A stretch of 64,000 nt of DNA from an uncultured Helicobacter sp. GTDB taxonomy: Bacteria; Campylobacterota; Campylobacteria; Campylobacterales; UBA6016. Shown here in pieces: positions 1 to 9,802 of this stretch. The stretch spans positions 31,235 to 95,234 of the forward strand of contig CAZVTM010000002.1 in the NCBI GenBank assembly GCA_964630205.1. Reading direction: 5' to 3'. The position numbers and the translations under genes were made by a program. How positions within the stretch are numbered: position 1 is the stretch's first letter; each line of letters begins with the position of its first letter. The notes beneath the pieces were generated by a model, which was not told the DNA's origin, ran no database searches, and saw only the letters and a list, made by a program, of their open reading frames with translations.

Positions 1-50
1 CAGATATGCTCAAGGATACCAAAGTAGCGGCATATGCTGCCGCCAATATT

Positions 51-347
51 TTATTTTTGTGCACGAGCCATCTTTTTTAAGGCATAAAAAATAGATATTA
101 CAATGATAGAGCCGAGCGTGGCGCTAAATATATATCCACCGATATCTCCAAGAGGGGCAAAAGCATAATCCCCGAAAGGCGCCTCAAACCAAGAGCCATT
201 CTTAATCCCCTGCGGCATAAAACCGAGCATAGCCGTCATTTCCTCTTCGCTCCATTCACCCCATGCCGGATTTTCAGTGATAAGACCGAGAGGGGTCAAC
301 ACTATCAATATCCCAAGTCCAATGATAAGCTTTTTATAACTACTCAT
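51..347 (-). CDS. Small membrane component of a Ni/Co ECF-type uptake system (PDGLE-domain, NikN/CbiN-like)
   Basis: 98-aa ORF with hydrophobic N- and C-terminal segments. ATGA start/stop overlap with the upstream CbiM/NikM gene. Nickel is suggested by the adjacent [NiFe]-hydrogenase and hypF genes. Confidence 0.6.
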   Translation of the reverse strand: MSSYKKLIIGLGILIVLTPLGLITENPAWGEWSEEEMTAMLGFMPQGIKNGSWFEAPFGDYAFAPLGDIGGYIFSATLGSIIVISIFYALKKMARAQK

Positions 348-1009
348 CTTTGCACCTCCGGCAAAGCTATATTTACTCTTTTAAGCAAAGCCAATGCACC
401 TACCGTCACGGCACCTTCCAAAATCCCAAAAAATAAAGCGTGAGAGCCGACCAGCGCGGGAATCGTCACTTCAAGACCCAAAGGAAAAAACATAGCTTTG
501 CCTGCCTCATCCATAAAAAATAAAGGTTCAATTCCGAGCAGCAAAGCGATAACCGCCGATGAAACGACCGCCGAAGCATATCCGGAGGCAAAATGCGCCA
601 CCTTGTCACTTGCAAACTTAGAGACAAATTTCATGGCAAAATGCGCCGAAAATGCGCCGACAAAACCCATCGAAAGAGCATTTGCCCCAAAAGCCAATAT
701 ACCCCCGTCGCCGAACAATACAGCCTGCAATAAAAGCACCACACTGAGCGAAAACATAGCCACCCAAGGGCCAAACAGTATAGTTAAAATAGCAACTCCA
801 GTAGCGTGGCCGCTTGTGCCGCCCGGAATTGGAATATTAAACATCATAATTACAAAGCTAAAAGCAGAAATAGAAGCCAAAAAAGGCATTACGCTATCGT
901 CACTTACAAGATTAACTGTTTTTTTGAAAGCATAATAAAGTAGTCCGACTTCGGCAACAAAGAGCGGAGCATAAACGGCCGGAGCTAAAAAACCGTCAGG
1001 AATGTGCAT
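344..1009 (-). CDS. CbiM/NikM substrate-capture subunit of Ni/Co ECF transporter
   Basis: 221-aa polytopic membrane ORF starting MHIPDGFL, the signature N-terminus of the CbiM/NikM family. Translationally coupled to the next gene. Confidence 0.85.
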   Translation of the reverse strand: MHIPDGFLAPAVYAPLFVAEVGLLYYAFKKTVNLVSDDSVMPFLASISAFSFVIMMFNIPIPGGTSGHATGVAILTILFGPWVAMFSLSVVLLLQAVLFGDGGILAFGANALSMGFVGAFSAHFAMKFVSKFASDKVAHFASGYASAVVSSAVIALLLGIEPLFFMDEAGKAMFFPLGLEVTIPALVGSHALFFGILEGAVTVGALALLKRVNIALPEVQR

Positions 1010-1057
1010 ACTTTTTTCCTTTTAGTAATATTAGGTCAAGATTTTATTTACTTTAAC

Positions 1058-3301
1058 CTAAAGTTCTTCTTTGGTTATATGACCGCTCAAATACAAAGAC
1101 GCAAAAGCGGCCTGACCAACGCAAATAGATGAGTCGTTCGGACTTAGCTTATCGTGGAAAAATACTCTATTTTTGGATGCTTCGCGCTTTATTTTCGAAA
1201 CCAACGATGAGTTTTGGAATACTCCTCCTGAGCAAAAAATCGGCATATCGTATTTTCCGGATATATCCTTTACATACTTCCCTAGCGTGTTTATGAATTT
1301 TGTAGCGGACAAGGCCGCGTCACGCTCTATCAAAATATCTCGCAACATACCGGCAACATTGGATAAATCCTCAAAATGATTGTCACACGAAGCGTCATAT
1401 AGACTTTCAATCATGAGACCGCTTTCTCCTTCATAGCACGTATCTCCAACGATTCCAATAAGTGCGGCAACACCGTCAAATAGCCTTCCCATCGACGTAC
1501 TTTTAACACAGTTTATTTTTTTAAAAAATGCTTCAAACAATATTTTAATCTCGGCATCCGCAAAGCCAAGTCTCCTGGCTATAGCATACGACTCCTCTTC
1601 GCTTAAAAACGATAAAGCAATCGACAAAGCCGTTTTGCGGGGCTGTTTTGCCGCATTCTCTCCGCCGAGTAACCAAAATTGCGGTATATGCAAAACCCTA
1701 TTTATTTCATACCCATTTTTTACAAATACCTCTCCGCCCCACACAGTATCATCATCGCCGACCCCCGTGCCGTCCCAGACTATACCTACCGCATCCAAAT
1801 GCAACTTGTCTTGCTCAAACAGGGATGCCAAAAAATGAGCTTTATGATGTTGTATTTTTAAGCTCTTAACGCCCAAAGACATAGCGTAAACGGAAGAAGC
1901 ATAGCGGATATTTTTATCACACACGGCAAGAGAAAACGAGAGATTCCACAAAGAGCGCATATGCTCCACGCTCCGCTCGTAATATTCGACGGCATCCAAT
2001 GAAGCTAAATCCCCTATATGAGAGGAGACTGCTATGTTATCCTCAAAACAAACCGAAAAACAATTCTTTTGATGCGCCCCGGCACAAAAAACAGCGTCAG
2101 AAAAATAAGGAGTCTTAAAAAAAGATGGCGCATAACCGCGTGAATTTCTGAGTTTTATTGTTGTCTCATCAGCAGCCCTTACGACAGAATCATCACAACC
2201 CTGGATAATCATCCTATCGTAGTAAAAGGCATAGTCAAAAGTGCCGCCTACCCTCATAAAAAGCTCTTTTTCATCAGTTATTATAGGCTCATCCGATATA
2301 TTTGCGCTAGTAGCTACAAGCGGAAAATCTATTAGACTAAATAAAATGGCATATACTCCGCTATATGGCAAAAAAGTACCTACAAAAGCGCTATCGTGCG
2401 ATATATGATAGCTTAGCGAATAAGTCGACGACTTTTTTAGTACAGTTATCGGCCTCTCTTTTGAAGCTACAAGCCGCTCTTCAAAATCAGATAATTCACA
2501 CTCTTTTTTAAGGGTCTGGATGGAGCCAAACATTACGGCAAGCGGTTTTTTGGCTCTTCTTTTTTTCTCTCTTAGGCGCATTACCGCATTATCGTTATCG
2601 GCTCGGCAAAGTAGGTGAAATCCTCCCACCCCCTTCATGGCTACGATTTTACCTTCATTTAAAGCTACGGCTACGGCCTCAAGTGTTTTGCCTGTTTTTG
2701 AAACGTCCAAAACACAGCCTTGTTCGTCGGTAAAGTAAAATGAAGGTCCGCAAGAGGGGCAGGATATCGGTTCTGCATGGAAACGTCTATTTAGAATATT
2801 TTTATATTCGCTTTTGCATTCGTTGCACATCTCAAAAAGTCGCATTGTGGTGCGATCTCTATCATACGGCAAAGACTCAATAACCGTGAATCTTGGACCA
2901 CAGTTTTGACAGTTTATAAGCGGATATAAAAATCTTCTGTTGCCTGGCTCAAAAAGTTCTTTTTCACACTCTTCGCAAATAGTAAGATCCGGCGGGAAAA
3001 GTGCATTCTTTGAACCGTTTTCATTGCTCTCGATAACACAAAAATCTTCAAAATTTTTATATTCAATCTCTTTAATCTCGATTTTGTCTATTTTTGCAAG
3101 TATAGGGGGGTTGGTTTTAAGCTCATTTAAGAAATTGCCAATCGATAAATCACATCCGCAAATAATAATGGATGCGCCTAGCGGCGAATTTTTTACGTTA
3201 CCTTTGAGGTTATATTTTGAAGCTATGCGAGCGACAAAGGGGCGGAATCCAACCCCTTGTACGACACCGCTGATATCAATTTCGACGCACTTATCTTGCA
3301 C
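1058..3301 (-). CDS. hypF: [NiFe]-hydrogenase maturation carbamoyltransferase HypF
   Basis: 747 aa, GTG start. Contains an N-terminal acylphosphatase-like motif (GVVQGVGFRPFV), two CxxC-x18-CxxC zinc-finger pairs, and YrdC-like and Kae1-like C-terminal regions. Overlaps the upstream gene by 11 nt. Confidence 0.95.
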   Translation of the reverse strand: MQDKCVEIDISGVVQGVGFRPFVARIASKYNLKGNVKNSPLGASIIICGCDLSIGNFLNELKTNPPILAKIDKIEIKEIEYKNFEDFCVIESNENGSKNALFPPDLTICEECEKELFEPGNRRFLYPLINCQNCGPRFTVIESLPYDRDRTTMRLFEMCNECKSEYKNILNRRFHAEPISCPSCGPSFYFTDEQGCVLDVSKTGKTLEAVAVALNEGKIVAMKGVGGFHLLCRADNDNAVMRLREKKRRAKKPLAVMFGSIQTLKKECELSDFEERLVASKERPITVLKKSSTYSLSYHISHDSAFVGTFLPYSGVYAILFSLIDFPLVATSANISDEPIITDEKELFMRVGGTFDYAFYYDRMIIQGCDDSVVRAADETTIKLRNSRGYAPSFFKTPYFSDAVFCAGAHQKNCFSVCFEDNIAVSSHIGDLASLDAVEYYERSVEHMRSLWNLSFSLAVCDKNIRYASSVYAMSLGVKSLKIQHHKAHFLASLFEQDKLHLDAVGIVWDGTGVGDDDTVWGGEVFVKNGYEINRVLHIPQFWLLGGENAAKQPRKTALSIALSFLSEEESYAIARRLGFADAEIKILFEAFFKKINCVKSTSMGRLFDGVAALIGIVGDTCYEGESGLMIESLYDASCDNHFEDLSNVAGMLRDILIERDAALSATKFINTLGKYVKDISGKYDMPIFCSGGVFQNSSLVSKIKREASKNRVFFHDKLSPNDSSICVGQAAFASLYLSGHITKEEL

Positions 3302-4793
3302 TCTCGTAAAAGCCTTTCACGTTGAAAGAGAGTGTGTTGAGAGCCATATCGATATCTATGTTTTTAATTTTCGATTTTAGTTTTGATACAAATACTTTCG
3401 ATAGCAAAAATTCTCCGCCAACGTGGAGCTTTTTGATTTCAAAACTTTTTTTGACTTCGTCTTGGGAAATTATCAAGAAATCAACGGCCGATTCAAAAAA
3501 TGAATACGCCAAAATCTCATCTTCAACTCCGGCTATTTTATAACTAAGCATAGACATAAAACATTTTTTCAAATTTAAAGATACTGCGCCGTTTTCATTT
3601 TTAGAAAGAGTAAAATCCAACTTGACACCACCGGCTATATCGGCTTTATTTGCCATCAACGCTACGCTTTCAAAACCGCCGTCAATACCCAAAACGGCTG
3701 CCGTTGCAGCGAAAAAACTTTGAATAGTCGACATCTTGCCAGAATCCAAAGAGCTAACAGCTTCAAATCTATCTGAAAAACTTGATTTAAAATTAGCGGC
3801 TAGCTTTTCTCCAAACTCAAACCCTGTTTTAACATCATCCCAAATATTGCCGCAAAAAAAATCGGTAGATAAGATTTTTTTTGAACCGACACCTTCTTTG
3901 ATAGCGTATACGCCGAAATCATCAGATATATTTAGGTCAAAAAATAGCGAACCTATGCTATTTTCTATCTTTTGGGCAATAAAATCCTCATTCACAAAAA
4001 ATCTATCACTACCGTTAAAATAAACTACCTTTCTATATGGCGCATCACCCAATGCCCCGCGATACTCCAGAGATACATCCGCTTTATCGGCTTGATGTAT
4101 GTAAAGAGCATCTATTCCGGCATCTGTAGCCGCCTTGGACAAAAGCAGCATAACCGCATCATTCGCGAAACAAATTATTTTGGAGCCTTGTTCCGTAAGC
4201 TTCAATATAAAAGGGCGCTCCATCGCACTAAGGCTTAGAGCCTCATCCATGGATATATCAAAACCTCTAAGATTTCTTTCTGTTAGATTTGTAATCAAAA
4301 AAGCAGAGCTCTCGGCGGTTGACAACAAATAGCTATTTCTTTCATTTTTTATGCCTACCGTTAGTCCGTTTTTCAGCTGCTTAACGACAAAGTCCATGCT
4401 GTCTTTAACTGCGCTTTGCCCCAAAATATCTTTGCCGTTTATATTCAGCGCGACACTACCTATATCAAAATACTTTTCGCTTCTGTCATCTATAAGATCT
4501 CGAGCCGCATAAGGATGCATAGCCAAATACGAAGCCTCTTTTAGCGGTTGCCTATTTGGGGGCATCATGGCCGCCTCTTCTACACTTTGAGCAGACAAGT
4601 ATAACGACAAAGGCAGTTCTTCACCAAGAAGTAAAAATGCAGACTTTATATCCTCTTCGTTGCCGTCTATGTATATTATTATCTCGTCATCTGTTTTGAT
4701 AACATTCGCGTTTCTATTTTTTAATATTTGGCTTGCTAGATATGCATAATCATCGCTAGCATCGTTAAATCCAAGTCTATATTTGATTACCAA
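3291..4793 (-). CDS. HydE-like hydrogenase-operon protein of unknown function
   Basis: 500-aa ORF with a TTG start preceded by AAGGA. It occupies the position right after hydD, like hydE in the Wolinella/Helicobacter hydABCDE operons. I recognise no catalytic motif. Confidence 0.55.
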   Translation of the reverse strand: MVIKYRLGFNDASDDYAYLASQILKNRNANVIKTDDEIIIYIDGNEEDIKSAFLLLGEELPLSLYLSAQSVEEAAMMPPNRQPLKEASYLAMHPYAARDLIDDRSEKYFDIGSVALNINGKDILGQSAVKDSMDFVVKQLKNGLTVGIKNERNSYLLSTAESSAFLITNLTERNLRGFDISMDEALSLSAMERPFILKLTEQGSKIICFANDAVMLLLSKAATDAGIDALYIHQADKADVSLEYRGALGDAPYRKVVYFNGSDRFFVNEDFIAQKIENSIGSLFFDLNISDDFGVYAIKEGVGSKKILSTDFFCGNIWDDVKTGFEFGEKLAANFKSSFSDRFEAVSSLDSGKMSTIQSFFAATAAVLGIDGGFESVALMANKADIAGGVKLDFTLSKNENGAVSLNLKKCFMSMLSYKIAGVEDEILAYSFFESAVDFLIISQDEVKKSFEIKKLHVGGEFLLSKVFVSKLKSKIKNIDIDMALNTLSFNVKGFYESAR

Positions 4794-5325
4794 ATGAGTT
4801 TTCCTTGAAAAAATTATCTATTATTGATTCTAGTTTTATATCGTCTTTCTTTTCAAACTTAACGCCAAGAGAGTTAACTTCGTCGAGAACTGTTTTTAGA
4901 TAATGCTCCATTGCAGACATTATATCGTCAGTCATCGCATTCTCTACGCTCTCTATGTCTTTTGGAACAATGCCGATAATAACAACATTTGCCATCTTGT
5001 CAAGCATTGAGCAAATTTCTAGCATTTCTACTATTTCGACTTCGTGCGCAGTCTTTCGATAGCTGCCAAGCCCCAAAAGCTCTTCTGCCGGAAGCCTATA
5101 TACGCTACCAGGAGAATCCTCTATGGAAACCGTATCTAAAATAATCACATTATCGTATTCTTGAAAAAGAGCCATAAGTTTAAAGCCGAGGGTTCCGCCG
5201 TCTATTATTTCGAGGGAGTTATCGAAAGCGTAGTTGGTATCGAGGTATTTTGCGGCATAGACGCCGACCCCTTCATCTTTGAAGAGGACGTTGCCTACAC
5301 CGATTAGAAGATTTTTAGCACTCAA
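4777..5325 (-). CDS. hydD: Hydrogenase maturation endopeptidase (HydD/HyaD/HybD family)
   Basis: 182 aa with N-terminal LLIGVGNVLFKDEGVGV, typical of the family. TTGA overlap with the hydC stop. Confidence 0.9.
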   Translation of the reverse strand: MSAKNLLIGVGNVLFKDEGVGVYAAKYLDTNYAFDNSLEIIDGGTLGFKLMALFQEYDNVIILDTVSIEDSPGSVYRLPAEELLGLGSYRKTAHEVEIVEMLEICSMLDKMANVVIIGIVPKDIESVENAMTDDIMSAMEHYLKTVLDEVNSLGVKFEKKDDIKLESIIDNFFKENSFGNQI

Positions 5326-6026
5326 GCCTTATCGGCTTTTACGAATTTCTCACCGCCAAAGACGATGGCTATATCTCCCTCTTTCCAGAATATAGTTCTC
5401 CATATCTGGTAGTAAATGTGGAAAATAGTCCACGCTATAATCCACCACATCATAGTGTGATGCGCTATTCTAACACCCATATTGCCGCCAAAAACCCACA
5501 GTGTCCAATCTGTTGAAAGATGAAGAACCAATGGCCACCAGGCCCCAACAGAGCTAAGACCGCTAGCAAGCCCTTGAACATAAAGCTGAAGACCCGTTAG
5601 AAGCATCAAAATCAGCAAAATATGGAATACCGTAAAGTAGACGGTATTAAAACTATCTGCATGCGCAGAGTTAAAATTTTTACGTTTGTTAAACGTCATT
5701 AAATTAACAAAGACTTCCCAAAACTCAGTCAGGTTTTCTTTATTAGGGATAATCTTTAAATAGGCTTTCTCAAATCTACTATAGAAATATAGATACGCAA
5801 TCACGATGGACGTAACATCCAAAATAATCGCACCTATAAAGTGAATCAGCCTGTTATATGCCATAACATACTTGTCTACCGCCGGATCCGCTATAAAGCT
5901 TTGGTAGTAAGGGTGCCCTATATAAAGACCCGTTATTACGCAAGCTAGTATAGATATAGCGTTTGCCCAGTGTATAACACGGCCGGCGACGGTCATTCTT
6001 TTGACCGGCACTGCCATCTTAGACAT
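5322..6026 (-). CDS. hydC: Ni/Fe-hydrogenase b-type cytochrome membrane subunit
   Basis: Polytopic membrane protein with conserved His residues, directly after the large subunit. Start moved to the ATG at 6026 (GGGGG RBS, overlaps the hydB stop) instead of the track start at 6065. Confidence 0.85.
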   Translation of the reverse strand: MSKMAVPVKRMTVAGRVIHWANAISILACVITGLYIGHPYYQSFIADPAVDKYVMAYNRLIHFIGAIILDVTSIVIAYLYFYSRFEKAYLKIIPNKENLTEFWEVFVNLMTFNKRKNFNSAHADSFNTVYFTVFHILLILMLLTGLQLYVQGLASGLSSVGAWWPLVLHLSTDWTLWVFGGNMGVRIAHHTMMWWIIAWTIFHIYYQIWRTIFWKEGDIAIVFGGEKFVKADKA

Positions 6027-7764
6027 TGCACACCCCCGCGCTTGGAGAGATTTTGAACACGCCAAGCTCTTTTCCTTTTGTATCCACTATATGAACCGCA
6101 CAAGCGATGCACGGGTCAAAGCTATGGATAGTTCGTAGTATTTCAAGCGGTTGATCCGGATTTGCTACTTTGGTACCCACAAGAGAAGCCTCATATGCAC
6201 CCATTCTGCCTTTTGCGTCTCTAGGGCCGGCATTCCAAGTTGACGGAACTATGCACTGATAGTTCTCGATTTTGCCGTCTTTTATTTTTACCCAGTGACC
6301 AAGAGCACCTCTCGGAGCCTCTGCCATACCGTAGCCTTCTGCATCTTTTGCTACCTTGTCAAAGTCAAACTCAGTCCAAGTATCAAGCTGTCCGCTTGTC
6401 GTGTTTTTGAGAAGCTCGTCTGTCCACTCCATCATAGCATCACACATAAGCTCTGTTTCAACAGCTCTTGCGGCTGTTCTACCTACTGTAGAGAATAGAG
6501 CCGTTAACGGAACTTGAGCCCCAACATGAGCATTAAGTCTTCCAAAGAAACCGTCAACATATGATTTAATTCTCTTATCACCTTTAGCGTATCCGATTAC
6601 CATTCTGGCTAGCGGCCCGACCTCTACTCTATTGTCGTTGTAAATCGGAGCTTTAATCCATGAATATTTATTTTTTGTATCAAGATAAGCTATACCGTTC
6701 TCTTTTTTACCAAAGCCTGTATACTCCGGAATTGTCTCGCCCTTGAAAGGATGGAGAGGAGCTGTTCCTTTGTACCATGCATGAGTTACGTCTTCTGTTA
6801 TTTTTGCTTGGTCTAACTCAAGAACCTTGCTTAAATCTTTGTTTAGCACTACACCGCTTGGGAATAGAAGGGAGGCTTTGTAAAAATCGTTGTCGTCAAG
6901 TCTGAAGTCGCCGTAGCTTAGGAAACTTCCAAGACCACCGCCGACTCCGGCAAGAGCTTCATCTGCATAAGCTTTACCCGCAAGAACTACGTCAGGTATG
7001 TATGCGTTTTTAGTAAAGTCTTGGCCTTTTTTTAGCCATTGTTTGAACTGTGCTATACGAGCAGGATTTTGGATATCTTGAACGCAAGTTACGCCGCCGA
7101 CGACGAAGCTTTGCGGATGTGGCATTTTACCGCCGAATATTGCCATCATTTTTGCAAGTTCTTTTTGCAAATCAAGCGCATCAAGATAATGCGATAGGAT
7201 AATTAGATTCTCTTCCGGACTTAGTTTGTATGCTTTGCTACCCCAATATCCGTTACCGAAAATTCCGAGTCTACCTTGTTTTACGAACTTAGTAACTCTC
7301 TCTTGAACAGCCTTATATGTAGCTTCGCTTACATTCCAAGGTTTTGCGGATACTTTGCTGGCTATTTCTACCGCTTTTTTAGGGTCAGCTTTTAGCGCAG
7401 ATACTACGTCCACCCAGTCAAGACCGTGAAGATGGTAGAAGTGAACTATATGGTCGTGGACATAAAGGGCACCTTGAACAAGATTTCTTACAAGTCTTGC
7501 ATTTTTAGGAATCTTTACTTTAAACGCATGCTCGACACTCTCGATACTTCTTTGGTAGTGTGTACCGGTACAAACTCCGCAAATTCTCATCGCAAGGAGA
7601 CCTGCGTCTCTAGGGTCTCTCCCTTTTAGTATCGTCTCAATGCCTCTAAACATTGTAGACGAGCTATATGCGTCAACTATTTTATTGCTGTCATCGATTA
7701 CCACTTCAACCCTTAGGTGTCCTTCAATCCTGGTAATCGGATCTATTACTACGTGTTTGCTCAT
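6019..7764 (-). CDS. hydB: [NiFe] uptake hydrogenase large subunit
   Basis: 581 aa with N-terminal RIEGH and RICGVCTGTH motifs. C-terminal DPCIACAVH Ni-binding motif is followed by a cleavable tail. Confidence 0.97.
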   Translation of the reverse strand: MSKHVVIDPITRIEGHLRVEVVIDDSNKIVDAYSSSTMFRGIETILKGRDPRDAGLLAMRICGVCTGTHYQRSIESVEHAFKVKIPKNARLVRNLVQGALYVHDHIVHFYHLHGLDWVDVVSALKADPKKAVEIASKVSAKPWNVSEATYKAVQERVTKFVKQGRLGIFGNGYWGSKAYKLSPEENLIILSHYLDALDLQKELAKMMAIFGGKMPHPQSFVVGGVTCVQDIQNPARIAQFKQWLKKGQDFTKNAYIPDVVLAGKAYADEALAGVGGGLGSFLSYGDFRLDDNDFYKASLLFPSGVVLNKDLSKVLELDQAKITEDVTHAWYKGTAPLHPFKGETIPEYTGFGKKENGIAYLDTKNKYSWIKAPIYNDNRVEVGPLARMVIGYAKGDKRIKSYVDGFFGRLNAHVGAQVPLTALFSTVGRTAARAVETELMCDAMMEWTDELLKNTTSGQLDTWTEFDFDKVAKDAEGYGMAEAPRGALGHWVKIKDGKIENYQCIVPSTWNAGPRDAKGRMGAYEASLVGTKVANPDQPLEILRTIHSFDPCIACAVHIVDTKGKELGVFKISPSAGVCNV

Positions 7765-9002
7765 TAGTTATCTCCCTCTCCGCTTTTTTTACCCGCAAAT
7801 GCACTGATAGCCGCATGAATACCTACACCGACAACCGCAGCCGTTACAAGACCCATACCAAATTCATCGATAGATTTTTCTACGCCGCCGCCAGGAGCTT
7901 TGATTCCTGCGTTCGCCATTGGTCTTTCATATGCATATTTATCCCAAAAATCAGGCTCAGAACATCCGATGCACCCTCTACCGACGCCGATAGGCCAGTT
8001 GGTACCGTCGTTATATCTGATGATTGAGCAGTTATTGAACGTCATAGGTCCTTTGCAACCCATTTTGTATAGACAGAAGTTATTTTTTGCGCCGTGATCG
8101 CCCCATTTTTCTACAAATTCACCGGCATCAAAGTGTGCTCTTCTCTCGCAATTATCATGAATTCTATAGCCAAATGCAAATTTAGGTCTAAGAAGATGGT
8201 CAAGTTCAGGTATTGTTCCCGTCATAAGATAGTGTAGTACCACACCCACCATATTCGCAGGGTTTGCAGGACATGCAGGTATATTGATTACAGGCTTGCC
8301 TTTTACTATATCCATAACACCTACCGCACCCGTCGGATTCGGTGCCGCAGCCGGTACACCGCCAAATGTTGCGCACGAACCGACAGCTACAACAGCGGCT
8401 GCATCGGCAGATAGTCTTTTTAGATGCTCTTCAAAAGTTTCGCCGCTTGCGCCTATAGTTCCGTAAATACCTTTATCCTTAACAGGAATTGCACCCTCTA
8501 CGAAAAGTATATACTTACCTTTGAAAGTGTGCATACCGTCTTCAAGCTGCTTATCCGCTTGATGACCTGCTGCCGCCATCAAAGTCTCATGGTACTCAAG
8601 GCTGATGATGTCAAACAATAAATCATCTACCGTAGGAGCAGAACTTCTAAGAAGCGCCTCGGAGTTTCCGGCACAGTCTTGGAGTTCTATCCAAATTACA
8701 GGCGCTCTATTCATAAGCTCTGCCGCCTGGGCAACTAGAGGCTCAAAGAAAGAAGGGAGCATCAACGTAGCCGTCGTGGCCGATACCCATTTAAGAAAAT
8801 CTCTTCTGTTTATATCATGCGCTTCAAGTGTCTCGTAAATGTCAAACTCTGATTTTGAAGTCTCTTCTTTTTTAAGAGTTTCAAGTCTTGTTTTACATTT
8901 TTCATATAATGCTTTGTAATAACTATCGCCCTTGTTTGTATCTATGTACGAAGGCGTAGCTGTAAATGCCGTTAGTACCGGCTCGTGGCAACTGCTTTGC
9001 AT
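7764..9002 (-). CDS. hydA: [NiFe] uptake hydrogenase small subunit (Tat-exported)
   Basis: Twin-arginine motif NRRDFLKW, Fe-S cysteine clusters and a C-terminal TM anchor. Start set at the ATG at 9002, preceded by AAGGGGGAGAAAT. The track's longer 9071 start lacks an RBS. Confidence 0.93.
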   Translation of the reverse strand: MQSSCHEPVLTAFTATPSYIDTNKGDSYYKALYEKCKTRLETLKKEETSKSEFDIYETLEAHDINRRDFLKWVSATTATLMLPSFFEPLVAQAAELMNRAPVIWIELQDCAGNSEALLRSSAPTVDDLLFDIISLEYHETLMAAAGHQADKQLEDGMHTFKGKYILFVEGAIPVKDKGIYGTIGASGETFEEHLKRLSADAAAVVAVGSCATFGGVPAAAPNPTGAVGVMDIVKGKPVINIPACPANPANMVGVVLHYLMTGTIPELDHLLRPKFAFGYRIHDNCERRAHFDAGEFVEKWGDHGAKNNFCLYKMGCKGPMTFNNCSIIRYNDGTNWPIGVGRGCIGCSEPDFWDKYAYERPMANAGIKAPGGGVEKSIDEFGMGLVTAAVVGVGIHAAISAFAGKKSGEGDN

Positions 9003-9196
9003 ATTTCTCCCCCTTGTTTTATAGGCTTTGTAGGCTATGTTGTAAATTCTAGTTAAACATTTCTTAACCATTTATTAATTTTTAACTTTTTGTTAAGTAT
9101 TATTTATCTATAAAAAAATAATGCTTTATCGATTTTTATTTGGGAACGATTTTTGCTAAAACGCTAACAAACCATCATAATTAAAGGCGGCACACA

Positions 9197-9802
9197 ATGA
9201 ATGTCGATTTTTTAATCAAAACAAACCCCTTCAATGTTCCAGGTATTCAAATACCAAAAGCCGAAGAGAGCGAAATAAAAAAAAATGAGGGGGCTGCACA
9301 GGCAGCGCCTGCCAAAACAAAAGCTCCATCCGGTACGAATTTTGTTCAAAAAATTAAAGATACAAACGACGCCATCGGCTTCATACAAACCGGACAAGCC
9401 TTTTTGAATAAACTCGACAAAGAGGGTATAACAAATTTTGAAGATGCCGCAAAACTAGCCATGACAATATCTTTTGCAGGTAAGAACGTGGCCTCAAAAC
9501 AAAGCTTTGATACGACCGCCGGAGTGCTTCATATCGATATAGCTTCTGAAGAGATTGGCTTTGGAGCTGATTTTGAAAGCTGGAAAGCAAATGTATCCGA
9601 GATGTTAAAAGCCAAAAAAGAGCAGATATCGAATCCACTTGCGGCATTCGGCGCTGCGAAAAAAGAGCAAATGGGCAATGCAGCCCAAAGGCTAAACGCA
9701 CAAAACCAAAATCCAAAACTAGGCTCGTTATTTGATGAAATCAACAAAAGCCTAAATAAGTTTGAACAAAAAGCTAACGAAATAGGCAACGCTATCTTCT
9801 GA
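9197..9802 (+). CDS. Hypothetical protein (no signal peptide; weak flagellin-like NDAIGxxQT motif)
   Basis: 201-aa ORF with an AAAGG RBS and a TGATG junction with mobA. The only recognisable element is DTNDAIGFIQTGQAFLNKL, which resembles the conserved N-terminal flagellin helix. Confidence 0.5.
   Translation: MNVDFLIKTNPFNVPGIQIPKAEESEIKKNEGAAQAAPAKTKAPSGTNFVQKIKDTNDAIGFIQTGQAFLNKLDKEGITNFEDAAKLAMTISFAGKNVASKQSFDTTAGVLHIDIASEEIGFGADFESWKANVSEMLKAKKEQISNPLAAFGAAKKEQMGNAAQRLNAQNQNPKLGSLFDEINKSLNKFEQKANEIGNAIF

Noticed and set aside
1-46. Possible start of a downstream ECF transporter gene (NikQ/CbiQ-like) on the minus strand. TTG at 46: MAAAYAATLVSLSIS...
   Set aside because: Only 15 codons are visible, with a non-ATG start and no recognisable motif. 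This is too little to support a feature.
498-935. Long antisense ORFs inside well-supported genes. Examples: 498-935, 2940-3380, 26289-26882, 33217-33624, 34780-35205, 41832-42383, 47571-48050, 48083-48604, 53483-53923, 58450-58950.
   Set aside because: Each lies wholly within a gene on the opposite strand or in another frame that has strong family motifs. They have no RBS or start context and show low-complexity, skewed composition typical of shadow ORFs.
7764-9071. Longer 5' extensions offered by the ORF track: hydA to 9071, hydC to 6065, SDR from 15786, pglE from 29956, secG from 46148, ccdA to 30107, T5orf172 gene to 41004.
   Set aside because: The extensions lack RBSs, overlap neighbouring genes or promoters, and add non-homologous residues. 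Internal starts with Shine-Dalgarno sequences and family-typical N-termini were preferred.
9082-9096. Palindrome TTAAC-N5-GTTAA in the hydA upstream region as a NikR or other regulator site.
   Set aside because: It is short and AT-rich in an AT-rich intergenic region. It does not match the Helicobacter NikR consensus as I recall it, so it could occur by chance.
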